Assembly (NCBI GenBank): GCA_951406725.2
Contig: OX597815.1
Span: 214,582,001 to 214,646,000, forward strand
Source of the DNA: Octopus vulgaris
Lineage: Eukaryota
Direction of reading: 5' to 3'
Length of the DNA: 64,000 bases
In this document: positions 1 through 11,900 of the stretch, one piece after another
Numbering within the stretch: position 1 is the first letter of the stretch
Layout of the letters: each line of letters opens with the position of its first letter
Translations under genes and position numbers: made by a program
The notes under the pieces: model-generated
The model's database searches: none
What the model saw: the letters and a program-made list of their open reading frames with translations, nothing else
What the model was told of the DNA's origin: nothing

Positions 1-7
1 CATGTAA

Positions 8-166
8 GCACAAGCGTGGCTGTGTAGTAAGAAGCTTTCTTCCCAACCACATGGTTCCAGGTTCTGTCCCACTGTGTGGCACCTTGGGCAACTGTCTTCT
101 GCTATAGCCTCAGGCCAACCAAAGCCTTGTGAGTGGATTTGGTAGACGGAAACTGAAAGAAGCTCG

Positions 167-198
<32 letters not shown>

Positions 199-250
199 AC
201 GCATTGCATCCTTGTGTCTGTGTTTGCCCCCCCCCCACCATTGCTTGCCA
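8..250 (+). mobile_element. tRNA-derived SINE family A (CORE-like), partial
   Basis: A-box-like TGGCTGTGTAGT, B-box-like GGTTCTGTCCC, CORE-like GGCACCTTGGGCAACTGTCTT, then (GT)n; same sequence recurs many times in the window. Confidence 0.85.
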
Positions 251-329
251 AACTGCTAAGTTACAGGGACATGAACAAAGTAACATTGGTTGTCAAACAG
301 TAGTGAAGAACAAACATAAAGGCACACAC

Positions 330-464
330 ACGTGAATATATATGTGTGTATATGTGTGTGTGTGTATGTATGTATATATGTATATACATACATATATATA
401 TATATATATATACGCATGTATATATACAAATATATATATACACATATATATATATATATATCTA

Positions 465-504
<40 letters not shown>

Positions 505-683
505 TATCTATACATATATATACACACATATATATATATACATATACATATATATACATATATATACACACACACACATACATACATACATACATATATA
601 TATATAAATTAATAAATAAAACATGCATATATACATACATATATGTACGTACCTACCTCTGCATGTATATATACATGCATATA
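330..683. repeat. Compound (TA)n/(CA)n/(TACA)n microsatellite
   Basis: Directly visible low-complexity repeat. Confidence 0.95.
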
Positions 684-1012
684 TGGGTACAGGACACCAA
701 AAAAACGTCGAACACAATGAGAAAGGAAAACATAAACACAAAACCAAGGAACTGGACATTTTTCTTAAACAATGAAAAAATAGAGTACAGGACAAATAAC
801 ACAAGGAAAATTCCCCTTCTTCAGTCGCCATGGTTTCATCTACTCTGCATTTCGAAGGTGAAGGCGATACGCATCTTCGATAGAAACTTTCCTTCCCTCG
901 AAAAGCAAATTAAATAAAATTTTAGATTTTTTGCGGAGAGGTAAAAATGGTAACAAAAACAGGACAGTAACGACAGTACAAAATATAAACAGTAAAAGAC
1001 AGGACAAGGAAC
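684..1012 (-). mobile_element. Probable Penelope-like element terminal-repeat fragment embedded in microsatellite
   Basis: Non-repetitive block flanked by TA/CA repeats; minus strand has CCTTC-GAAA...CTGAAGA-AGGGG hammerhead-like half motifs; shares GTCGAACAC with the block at 7893. Confidence 0.45.
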
Positions 1013-1044
1013 ACACACACATATATACATATACATATATATAC

Positions 1045-1075
<31 letters not shown>

Positions 1076-1112
1076 TACATACATACATACATACATACAT
1101 ACATACATACAT

Positions 1113-1185
<73 letters not shown>
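1013..1185. repeat. (TACA)n/(CA)n/(TA)n microsatellite
   Basis: Directly visible. Confidence 0.95.
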
Positions 1186-1186
<1 letters not shown>

Positions 1187-1194
1187 GCACAAAA

Positions 1195-1340
1195 TAGTTT
1201 CAGTTTCATTCTACCAAGTTCACTCAGAAGTCTTTGGTTAGGCCGATGCCTTAGTAGAAGATACTTACTCAAGGCGCCACATAATGGAACTGAATCAAAG
1301 ACCACAGAGTTGGAAAGCAAGCTTCTTAACCACACCTGCA
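1195..1340 (-). mobile_element. SINE family A 5' half (its 3' half lies at about 248-330)
   Basis: Reverse complement of the family A head and core. Confidence 0.7.
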
Positions 1341-3629
1341 ACTCTTGTTTATTTATCTATTTGTATATTTATTTTATCATAATGGTGTTTGGTTGCCAAC
1401 TAATAACTGGTTTTGAACATCTAAGGTAGATAGAAGTCGGGTGGCCAATGGAAAGAAGATAAACAATGCAATTAGAATCTTTTCTTTTTTTTTAATAAAT
1501 TTCAAAAGCCTAAAAAGAATTTGCTTGGATTCCTTAAAATTATTATTTGGTTCAACAGTTTGTTCTTTGTTCTTAATCATATATCAAAAGCGCAAAGGAA
1601 GGTTAGAAGGGGTACAATTTCATTGCCATCATCTTAGCCAGCAAATCAGATGTTATCAGCCGACATCTAGATTACTTTTCTTGATGTACTTGCTGAAAAT
1701 AAGTCACTGACATGCTTCACTGCAAGCTTATTTATCCACATATGCCATTCCTGTGATAAGAGAAGTAGAAATGACAGACAGAAATCAAAACAAAAACAAA
1801 AAAATATTCATATAAAAGAAACTAAAATTTATGCTCTTACTTTAGCTTTTTCTCTGTATTTGCTCACATTTAAAACTGGACAATGTTTTGACATTGTCTC
1901 CTCAACACTTCTTCTTAGTCTATCGGGAGAATATCTGTTGCATGTGTACTTTATTTTTGCCTTGTTTTGCTTTCATATTTCATGATGGGAAAAAGGTTTG
2001 TTTTTTTTTTTGTTTTGTTTTCTTCATTCTAATACTCTAAGAACCTGGTATTAGCTTCTTTTGTTATGAAGAGAGAGAGAGAAAAAAAATGAATGATAAA
2101 ATATATTAAAAAGGAGTTCAAAAGACACTTATATCCTCAGCTGAATCAATCAATCATCATCATCATCATCATCGTCATCATCATCGTCGTCATCATCATT
2201 GTTGTTTGGTTGTTATGTTAATGTTTTTTTCTTTCTCATGTTGACGGTGATCAGAGTGGTTGTGCCTTAGTAACAACCTCTCTTGTATTCTGCTCTCAAT
2301 ATTGACTCCTTCAGTGAGACAGCAAACTGGCAGACTTATTAGTACACCAAGGAAAATACTTAGTGGCATTTCATCCCTCTTTTACGTTATGAGTTCAAAT
2401 TCCACTCAGCTCAGCTTTGCCTTTCATCCTTTTCCATTTTTGTTCATACCTTGTTTTTTCTTACCTCCTGCTTAGATTATCGTTGATGTTGTTTTAATTT
2501 TTGTCCTACATCCTGTTTAATTCAATTTCAAAATTACCATTGCTCTTTCATATTTCTGCACTTCCTTCCAGTCTATGTTTTTGGTTTGAAGGAATTAAGA
2601 TCAAAGGGATTTATCAGAGAACCACTTTCATTCCAGTCATCACCATCATTTAACACCTACTTCTCCAGGCTTGCATGGATCAGACAGTTTATTGATGCAA
2701 ATTCTCTGCGGCTGCATGCACTTCCTGTTGCCAACCCTCCATAGATAGATATGGTTTGTACAGAAATGGGGGAAGCAAACAAACCACCCTTGATTAGCAA
2801 TGATGTTCATTTACAATAGTTTGCCTCCATCTCTTTGTCAGTCTGAACAGATATATCTTTGATGATTGTGGCTAAATTGTCATTTACATATTTATAACAC
2901 TTCTTATCCATTTTTACATTGAAATATCAATCCATTGCCCTGTGAACATAGCTGCCAACTCAGTCACATTTATGAACCTATTTGATCTTGGCAAGGACTG
3001 GACAGCTGGAGATTAGGTGAAAATTCTCTCATTATGCAGGTTACATAATCTCAATACTGATAATTTTTTGTTATTTTATTTTTATAATTATTTGCTTTTT
3101 TTAATTGCACATTTACCCTTTCCCTCTTTTTCTGCTGTTGTGTCCTCCCATGGCAGGAGTTTGGAATCTGGATAGTTATTTCCTTGAGCATCAGCTGTAT
3201 GGGAATTTCTTCTTCTTTCCCTCATATATATATATTATCCTAATTGTTTTCAGTCTAATCTGGCATTGTTTGTTTTCTGGTTGTGTAATAGGAGCAACTT
3301 CTCCCCCCCCTCTCTCTCCTTTTGTTTGTTTTGTTTTTCTCACTTCAAACAAAGATGTAGATGCTTCAGACCTTCTTTAAGTTGATTGTTTGTTGACTCA
3401 TTGAGAGTGATTTCAAATAAGAAAAATGAATAGATAAAATTTGAAACCTTATCTACTCTTAAATGGACATAACTCAATTCCATGTCAGGCTGGTGGAACT
3501 TATTCCTTGCTAAGCTATACCTACAGATCGAACAAAAACTTGGTACCACAAACTAACTCTGTTCTGTGTGTGTGTGACCGAGTAAGTGTCTTCTACCATA
3601 ACCCCAAGTTGACCAAAGCATTAGTCAAA

Positions 3630-3810
3630 TATGAACAAAGAGAAAACACAAGAACGCGAGGACGTGGAACAAGTCTAGTGTTATTGGACGCTCAGGAAAG
3701 GAAAGAAAGAAGGAGGATTTAACGTTTCGAGCAGAGCTCTTCGTCAGAATCATAGAATCCAAGGAAGGGAAGATGGAGAAAGAAAATTGCCAACGATACA
3801 CACACGGTCA
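3630..3810 (-). mobile_element. Short Penelope-like element carrying a minimal hammerhead ribozyme
   Basis: Homologous, in opposite orientation, to 21229-21411; contains the hammerhead core listed next. Confidence 0.7.
3716..3751 (-). ncRNA. Minimal type I hammerhead ribozyme motif
   Basis: Minus strand reads GATT-CTGACGA-A-GAGC-TCT-GCTC-GAAA-CGTT-AAATC: intact CUGANGA and GAAA core, 4-bp stem II, palindromic ACGT in place of stem III. Confidence 0.65.
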
Positions 3811-3811
3811 A

Positions 3812-3847
<36 letters not shown>

Positions 3848-3897
3848 GACATTAATCTGAAGGTTTACTCTATACTTTTGTAGAGTACAAATTTATT

Positions 3898-4028
3898 ATT
3901 CTTAAACAAGAATGTTGTTGACAGTCACTTTGAAGTTTAAGTCAGCTAAGCCATTGTCAGCAGCCCCGATGATGGCTTAACTGTCCAAAACTTCAAAGTT
4001 ACTGTCAACAACCTTCTTGTTTAAGAAT
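3898..4028. repeat. Imperfect inverted repeat (about 60-bp arms, about 9-nt spacer), probably Penelope-derived
   Basis: 3898-3958 is the reverse complement of 3968-4028 at roughly 85% identity by eye; right arm holds the decayed core CCGATGA-TGG...TCC-AAAAC. Confidence 0.8.
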
Positions 4029-4037
4029 TATATATAT

Positions 4038-4096
<59 letters not shown>

Positions 4097-5199
4097 CATG
4101 TAATGTGTATATATGTAGTATGTATGTATTTACATGTGTGTGTGTGCATGCATACATACATACCATGCTCTTTACACACACTCTTGTTAAATAACCTGTT
4201 TGACTTTAAATTGACCTGCATGTATATCGTTGGAGAAAAATCTGTTTTTCTCCTTATAAAATGTTTGTTAAGCAGTAAATCAAATATAGTCGTTGTGGAA
4301 ATATTACAGTCTGTTTGGAAGTGGTCTCTGATATTTTGTTAAGCGTCTGTCACAAGTGGATGGTGTTTGTTTATATTTACTGCTGTTGTAACAGCTACCA
4401 TAAAATATATTAACCCGAATAACTTATCACATAAATGTAAATATTTGATAGCAAGCTACTTTACCGTTGTGTTGTACTTGAAGATAAACGGGGTGTTTTT
4501 ATTCAGCAACAGCTAATGACTGTGTGTGTGGTTTGGCCTCAAGGCAGCACCTAGTAATGTTGGTTAAGTTGTAACTAATGACTCTTAGTTTAGCTCACAA
4601 GCTTGTTGCTTGCTATAAATATATTGTATCTGACCATAATCAATTAAGCAGGTGTATTTTTTGTTGTTTTTGTTTTTATAGTTTAGTGTTTGTGTATGCA
4701 TGCACACACGTGTGTATGTGTGTGTGTTCGTGTTCCTGTGTGTGTGCGTTCATGGACACATTTGTTTAGACTATAATGTGTTGTATATTTCACAGGAAAA
4801 TATTTATAATACTTTTGATGGCTGACTGGCTGGTAGTAGAAGATGGTGGGGGAGGACTATTTTCTCATTCAATATAAAAAGAAAAAGAAATAAAAGTCAA
4901 AATTGTGCTATCTTCTGCTAGAAAACTCAAGGAGATAAGAATGAGTGGTTATATTTCACTTTTGTACCCAAAAGATATTTCATAAGTTTTTTAATTTTTT
5001 ATTGTTCTAAATACAGGGGTGGGTGGGAAATGTCATTAAAGCTACAGAAACTGATTAAGAATTTATAAACAGTAAATTCATTAACATGCAAACTATGACT
5101 AAATGGTCATTTGTTTTTTTTGGGGGGGGGGGGAGTGGAAGTGGGGGAAGAATACATTTTGGTTCCCCTTGATAAAAATTGTGGTATTTTTCATTCTTT

Positions 5200-5668
5200 A
5201 GGTGCAGGTGTGGTTGTGTGGTATAAAGTTTGGTTTCCAACCACATGGTTACAGTATAAAGTTTGTTGTGTAAGGCTGTGGGGTATAAAGTTGGTTCCTA
5301 ACTACACAGTTACAAGTTCAGTGCCACTGCATGGCACGTTGGGCAAGTATCTTCTACTATAGCCCTGGTTTGATCAAACCCTTGCATGTGTATTTGGTAG
5401 ACAGAAACTGAAACTAAAGTTACCTGTTCATTTCACTTGTGTGTGTCCTTGTAAATGAGTGTCACTGTCACACAAGCATTGTCATTCATTTCCAGTATTT
5501 TCTAAAATCTTGTCTGGCCATGAAGAAATATTACATTGTTTGGAAACCAGTGAGGGTTGGTGACCGGAAGGGCATCCGGCCATAGAAAATCTGTCTTTGG
5601 AAAAAGCTCTGTCTGACCCATGTAAGCATAGGAAAAAGACATTAAAATGATGTTGATAGTGATGATGG
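5200..5668 (+). mobile_element. SINE with family-A head and RTE-derived 3' tail (family C)
   Basis: Family A head/core followed by GGAAGGGCATCCGGCCATAGAAA...GACATTAAAATGATG, matching the RTE 3' end at 47676-47830. Confidence 0.75.
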
Positions 5669-6072
5669 TAGACATAAAAATAAACAGTACATCAGCATCA
5701 TTGACTAGATCGTAAATGCTAATGTGGTCTTAGTATATTATCATCAGCAGCAGCAGCAGCAGCTTTTTATATTCAGCATCAATTTTTTTCAATCTGGCAT
5801 CTTATGTTAAACAGTTTCCCATTATCATAGCATATCACTACTACGTGTTGCATTCCTTGACATCTCTTTCATGAAACTCAGCATCATTTGATCAATCAGC
5901 CTTTAGAACATGCCTTCCTACCTCATCCAAGAACTTGGCACTAATTACAGACTTCTTCCATTTGAATTGCTTGACCCTTCTCGAACTACTTGTCATCTTT
6001 CCTATGCATTCCAAATTCTTTCCAACTCTCATCATCTCTTGCATGATATTGTTGGTTGATTTCTCTAATACC

Positions 6073-6107
<35 letters not shown>

Positions 6108-6249
6108 ACCTATGTATTATTATTCATATGCAGTGATGTTGGACAGTCAGAGGAACAATGTGAACTAAAAGTATTTGTGTGTTTCAAATAACTATCGACA
6201 ACTCTGCCATGAAAGCATATCTTTATAGTTCCAACAAACAATTTTAAAT

Positions 6250-6712
6250 TAAACCATTTTCCAAACAATACAACACAAGCCCCTTATGACTTCAATCCTT
6301 CTGTATGGTTGTAACCTTACAACTGACATGGAACCAAAAAAAAAATCAAGGTATTTGAGCCCAAGTGTTTCCGTAGGCTGCTGTACATCTCTCACACAGA
6401 ACACAAAGCAAACAGCTTTGTCAAGCACCAAGTCATGACATATGGTGGCAGACAGATGGTCACTTATCCTGCCACAACTCCTTGTCCAAAACCATCCTTA
6501 AGAGCACAATTGAGGGAGGGCAAAAGAGAGGTAGACAGAGAAAATTCTGGTCTGACTGTATCAAAAACTGGACGGGTTACAGCACCACAATTCGGAGACT
6601 ACGCATGGCAGAGAACAGAGACTAGTGGTGAAGACTTTCTACAAAAGCATCTAAAGAGCTTCTCCAATGACTGGCTGTACCGGTTATGGGAACTTCATGA
6701 TGATGACTATTC
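6250..6712 (+). pseudogene. Decayed RTE-clade LINE ORF C-terminal fragment
   Basis: Frame-shifted translation gives SILLYGC...IKVFEPKCFRRLLYISHTEHKAN...SKTIL...EGGQKRGRQRKFWSDCIKNWTG, typical of the RTE post-RT region; ends in (GAT)n. Confidence 0.75.
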
Positions 6713-7089
6713 TGAAATCAACATCATTTCCGTGTCCCACTTTTGCCGGTGTTTGTTGGACAGATTTCCTCTTTAGTAAATTTGCAATCCTTTCAGCTAT
6801 GCAAGAAATATTTGCTGTACACTCATATGTTCATAATAAATAAAAATGTATGTCTCTGTTCTCTTGCTAACATTAACTGTTATTTATGGTGTCAAACAAT
6901 GTTAAGCAGTTTGTAGAGTGCTTTTGATACCTTGGTTGCTAAAGTGAAACCAAGTTGGTTCTCCTGGGGCTGTAGAATACCAGACAAATCTATGGAAACA
7001 GTTAAAATAAAATCTAACCTCAAAAGTGTCAATTGAAGGATATAATAATGCATTAATGGATAATTGATTTTCTGAAGTACTCTATTTTT

Positions 7090-7413
7090 GGTTTCAGTCA
7101 TTTGACTGTGGCCATGCCGGAGCACCGCCTTTAGTTGAGCAATCGTAACTGCTAAGTTATGGTGACATAAACACACCATGATCAGTTGTCAAGCGATGTT
7201 GGGGGGACAAACACACACATGCAAACATATACACACACATATATATATACAGCGGGCTTCTTTCAGTTTCCGTCTACCAAATCCACTCACAAGGCTTTGG
7301 TCGACCCAAAGCTATAGTAGAAGACACTTTCCCAAGGTGCCATACAGTGGGACTGAACCTCAAACCATGTGGTTGGTAAACAAGCTACTTACCACACAGC
7401 CACTCCTACGCCT
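7090..7413 (-). mobile_element. SINE family A, internally deleted
   Basis: Reverse complement of the 16049-16476 copy with a gap in the 3' part. Confidence 0.85.
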
Positions 7414-7617
7414 GTGGATTAAAAGTGCTCAACTTCTTCGTTTGTGGATTCATTTATCTCAGATGTCAGCAATATTTGCCAAAAGGCTTGTGAAGTCCTG
7501 TAGCTTTGGAATTATATATACTATTAATTATATCTGTGTGTGTGTGTGTATTGAGCTTTTGTACAGTTTCCTTCTGCAAAGTTTCACTCATTACATATTC
7601 TAACTTCTACCTTTTTT

Positions 7618-7842
7618 ACTTTTTACTTGTTTCAATCATTGGACTGCAGCTATGCTAGGGAACCACATTCAAGGGTTTAGGGGAATAAACCACCCCCAGT
7701 ACTTATTCTTTTTTTTTAGGGTAGTACTTGTTTTCTTAGTCTTTTTTGTCAAACTACTACTAAGTTAGAGGGACATGAACAAACTAACACTGAACCACTG
7801 GTTGTCAAGCAAGGGTGGAGGGCACACATAAGATACACAAAC

Positions 7843-7879
<37 letters not shown>

Positions 7880-8214
7880 AAAAAAGGAGATGTCGAACAC
7901 GAGTGGTGATATATAAAAGGAAATGAAGAAAATGCTGACAAATAATTGAAGTAATTTAAGTAATTTAATTAGGTGAAAGTTCTTTTTACCGGTTGCGCAT
8001 TTGTTATGTTATCAAAATATAAAGAGAGATTAGAGTTCCTTTCTTATAGAATTTTTCCTCTTATCCAGATAAGAGGAAAAATTCTATAAGAAAGGAACTC
8101 TAATCTCTCTTTATATTTTGATAAGCATAACAAATGCGCAACCAGTAAAAAGAACTTTCACCTAATTAAATTACTTAAATTACTTCAATTATTTGTCAGC
8201 ATTTTCTTCATTTC

Positions 8215-8267
<53 letters not shown>

Positions 8268-8470
8268 TTATATATATATACTTATATATATATATATGAT
8301 AGGCTTCCTCACAGTTACTGTCTACCAAATTCACTCACAAGGATTGGTTGGTTTGGAACTATAGCAGAAGAAGCTTTACCCAGTTTCCCCAAGATGTTGT
8401 GCAGTGGGACTGAACTCAAAGCCACATAATTGCAAAGTAAGCTTCTTAACTATGCAGGCATGTCTGTGCC
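7618..8470 (-). mobile_element. SINE family A split by a palindromic insertion in its internal (TA)n
   Basis: 3' half at about 7618-7845, 5' half at about 8296-8470. Confidence 0.7.
7909..8225. repeat. Near-perfect 317-bp palindrome (157/158-bp arms, 2-nt spacer)
   Basis: 7909-8065 is the reverse complement of 8068-8225; I see one substitution and one 1-bp indel; centre CTTATC-CA-GATAAG. Confidence 0.95.
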
Positions 8471-9156
8471 TATGATACATAACTACAATCCCAAACAAAT
8501 ATTTACCTAAAGGTGCTGCACACTTAAATTGAACCTGGAATCAAGAGGTGGCAAAGCCAACTTCTTAACCGCATGGCCATGTCTGGCTCCATGCTGTTTC
8601 TTTACTAAAATATTTTCTCCATTTTAACCACTGAACTCTGCTTGTACAAACATCTTTTTATATATTTATTTTAGCTGAAAGCCATAAATAAATTTTACAG
8701 GGGATGAAAATAAGATTGAGTAAGGGTTCAGTTCATTCCTTTTTTAAAACCTCTGTAATTGAAGTGACTTAGTTTGAGCTGGAAACTGAAACTAGTTTGC
8801 AAGTTCTTCTCATTGTGATTTTAACGAGCTCTGAAAATTTAATGTCAAACGAAAAAAAAAGAAAATAATGAAAAGAATCAATTTACGGTATATTTCCACC
8901 CCACCTATTGGTTTTTATGTCTCGTTGCCCTTTGCTACCCTGTCAGTTCTCCTCCATGTACATTACTGCATCAACTTTCTCATACCCTTGCATTTTTCTC
9001 ACCAAGAGTAACTTCATTGCTGAAACTTGTGGCTTTTACAAAAGTAAAATCCTTTTTCAACTTTACATTTTTCTACACCTAGATGACCTCCATGGGTGTG
9101 GAACAATCCTACTCTCTATGATCTCATGTCAAAATTCAGTATAATTTATTTTTTTA

Positions 9157-9208
<52 letters not shown>

Positions 9209-9225
9209 TACACACACACACATAT

Positions 9226-9455
9226 ATTTCTTTACTGCTCACAAGGGGTTAAACATAGAGGGGACAAACAAAGACAGATAAAGGGATTAAGTCGATTACA
9301 TTGACTCCAGTGCGAAACTGGTACTTTATTTATCGACCCCGAAAGGATGAAAGGCAAAGTTGACCTCGGTGTAATTTGAACTCAGAACGTAACGACAGGC
9401 AAAATACCGCTAAGCATTTCACCCGGCACGCTAACATTTCTACCAGCTCACCGCC
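9226..9455 (-). mobile_element. tRNA-derived SINE family B
   Basis: Minus strand GGCGGTGAGCTGG...GAGTTCAAAT (B box)...CTTTGCCTTTCATCCTTTCGGGGTCGATAAAT; multiple copies in window. Confidence 0.85.
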
Positions 9456-10184
9456 TTCATACACACATCTCAAACTCAGATCTTTACATCTTTGAAATAA
9501 ATTTACAAGTTGCCAGAAATTTCCTATGAAAATTCTAACTTTTTTGTTTGCAACTTCTTAATTGAAAGTTATGTAATTCTCATTTATACTTTTCTTATTC
9601 GTTTTGTCGAAACTACTTTTCTCTATTAGAATAAAACAGTTTTCTATTTAAAGATAACATCCATTAACCACAACATGAAAGATTTTGAAATTACTATAGT
9701 AAGTCTACTCAGTTTGTATGCTCACTGCTTAGTTGGCTTTCAATTAAAAAGCTTTTAAAGGAAGCCATATTTTATTGTTATGAAACCCCTTACATTGTAT
9801 CCAGATTGATACTTGTTAAAATGTATAAAAAGTAATATAAAAAGATAGTAAGATGTCAATTATAAAGTCTGGTTACAAATTAGCTAGAGCTGATGTCCTG
9901 CCATGAGAAGGGGAATAAGATGTAGCAAACATGAGAGACATGGCTTGTATTGAATCTCTAAATCACATTCTGGCATCTTGTTAAACTATGTATAAGGATT
10001 TATGTGTCTTTGTCTGAACAGCACAAGAGCAGCTACAGCAGACACTTCTCTCACTTGTAAAATCTGATATAAAATGGTCAGTTTTTCTTTTATTATAAAT
10101 GATCAGGTTTTTTTTTTCTTTTGTTTTTATTTTACCGTAAGGACTAAGTCATCATTGCATGCTCACGCACACATACTTTTTAAA

Positions 10185-10480
10185 GTCGTCAACCAGGAGA
10201 ATTCATCTATGAAGCAATAGCCCCAGCTCCCCTTCAGGGTTGGTGAAAGCAATGTGGTGGACAATGAAAAACCTGGCTGATGACGGTCAAGGCTGATCTG
10301 GAACCCAACCTAGGCCCACGTGTCTACAGCTGTCGCTGCTGGAATAGAGAGTGGTTGGAGATCACTCAGTCGTTAGCCTCAAATTGCTAGGCCTGGTCAG
10401 CGTTTGCGAGAGACGTAGCATTGAGGATGAATGAAGCCAGCTCAACCCACCCCGGGTGAATGCTGTCTCAAGACAAGAAG
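10185..10480 (+). pseudogene. RTE-clade LINE 3' end (second RTE family)
   Basis: Translates ...APLQGW*KQCGGQ*KTWLMTVKADLEPNLGPRVYSCRCWNREWLEITQSLA...ASSTHPG*; same terminus on the minus strand at 63280-63390. Confidence 0.75.
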
Positions 10481-11334
10481 AAGAGACTTGTTAAAGGACA
10501 ATCTCCAAGACCACACAGTATTGTAGTGAATTCTCCCTCAATACTACAAACATAGAGGGTTATGAAATCATATTGAAGACCACCTAAGCGTTTCATATAT
10601 CATCCACATTATTCTCATATGTTAAATCATACACAAGATTTTTGGCTTGTGTATAGTTGAAGGCATAGAATTCCCTCTTCATATTATTCACTGTAAATTC
10701 AAATTTCCATCAGAAATTAGTTTGAAACAAATAAGAAGACAAAGGAAAGAATAGAGAATAAGTCTGTAGAATCTGTTTTGTCACGATTGTTGCTTTGTGG
10801 TTTCTAAGATGTCACAGAGTCAAATCAACTTAGCTACATATTGTTGATTTTTAGCCTTAGGTCATCACTGGATGAGTAAATCTTACAATCATAGGCACTC
10901 CAGCTATAGCCATTCCATATTTTTGTATGTCTAGGACTACATTGTCCAATGCACTCTTCTTATTTAATACAGTAAGGTGCAGTTAGAGGGAAGCTTGCCT
11001 GCTATTTCTAGCTGGTTAAATGACTGCACAGATTAAAGTTTTCCATATTGGCTTGACCTAGTTGTATGTTTCTAAGAGTGGTGTAATTTACCAAAGTTGT
11101 ATTATGTTGTAGAATTGGCAGATGATATCTTGGACTCACACTGAGAAAATATGCCCACACAAACCTGCATGAGGAAACCCTTATGTGATAACGTGACCTG
11201 CTAGAAATAGCAGTAGCAAAATCTCCTTCAAATTACAGCTTACTAACAAAATTAGAAAGAAATTTTGGATAATATGGTCTTTGATGCACTATTCTTGAAA
11301 ATAAAATAACTTTTAAGTCATTATACTGCAATGA

Positions 11335-11680
11335 TCCTGGGGCAGTGCCTTGAAGAATTCCTAGTTAAATGAATCAAGCCCAGTAATTAATTCTTTTTAA
11401 AGCCTGGTTCTTATTCTGTTGATCTCTTTTGCCGAACTGCTAGGTTACGGGGACAAAAACACCAGTTGACAAGCAGTGGTGGGAGACAAAAACAGACACA
11501 AAACACACACACACACACACACATATTAGGAGACACAAGCACTTAGGGCATCTGGCCATAGAAACCATGCCGAATCAGACTGGAGTCTGGTGCAGCCCCT
11601 CAGCTTACCAGCCCTGATCAAACTGTCCAGCCCATGGACAATTTGATCAGTAGCCAGCAGACATTCAGTGATGATGATGA

Positions 11681-11750
<70 letters not shown>

Positions 11751-11900
11751 CAGGGTTCTTGCAGTTTCCATCTACAAAATCCACTCATAATGCTCTGGTT
11801 GGCCCAAGGCTATAGTATAAGACACTTGTCCAAGGTATCATGCAGTGGGACTGAACCCAGAACCATGCTGTTGGGAAACAGGCTTCTTACCACTCCTGCA
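11335..11900 (-). mobile_element. SINE family A interrupted by an RTE 3' tail (about 11540-11683, + strand) and (TA)n
   Basis: Family A 3' half 11335-11525 and 5' half 11748-11900. Confidence 0.7.

Noticed and set aside
129-1341. Many overlapping ORFs rich in Y/I/H/T/C/V/M (also 25138-25877, 43943-44669, 45274-45800, 48391-48858, 52122-52497)
   Set aside because: They are translations of (TA)n, (CA)n and (TACA)n repeats that lack stop codons; no domain or coding signal.
5860-6070. Possible additional RTE C-terminal remnant on the minus strand
   Set aside because: Only faint peptide similarity; too decayed to support without an alignment.
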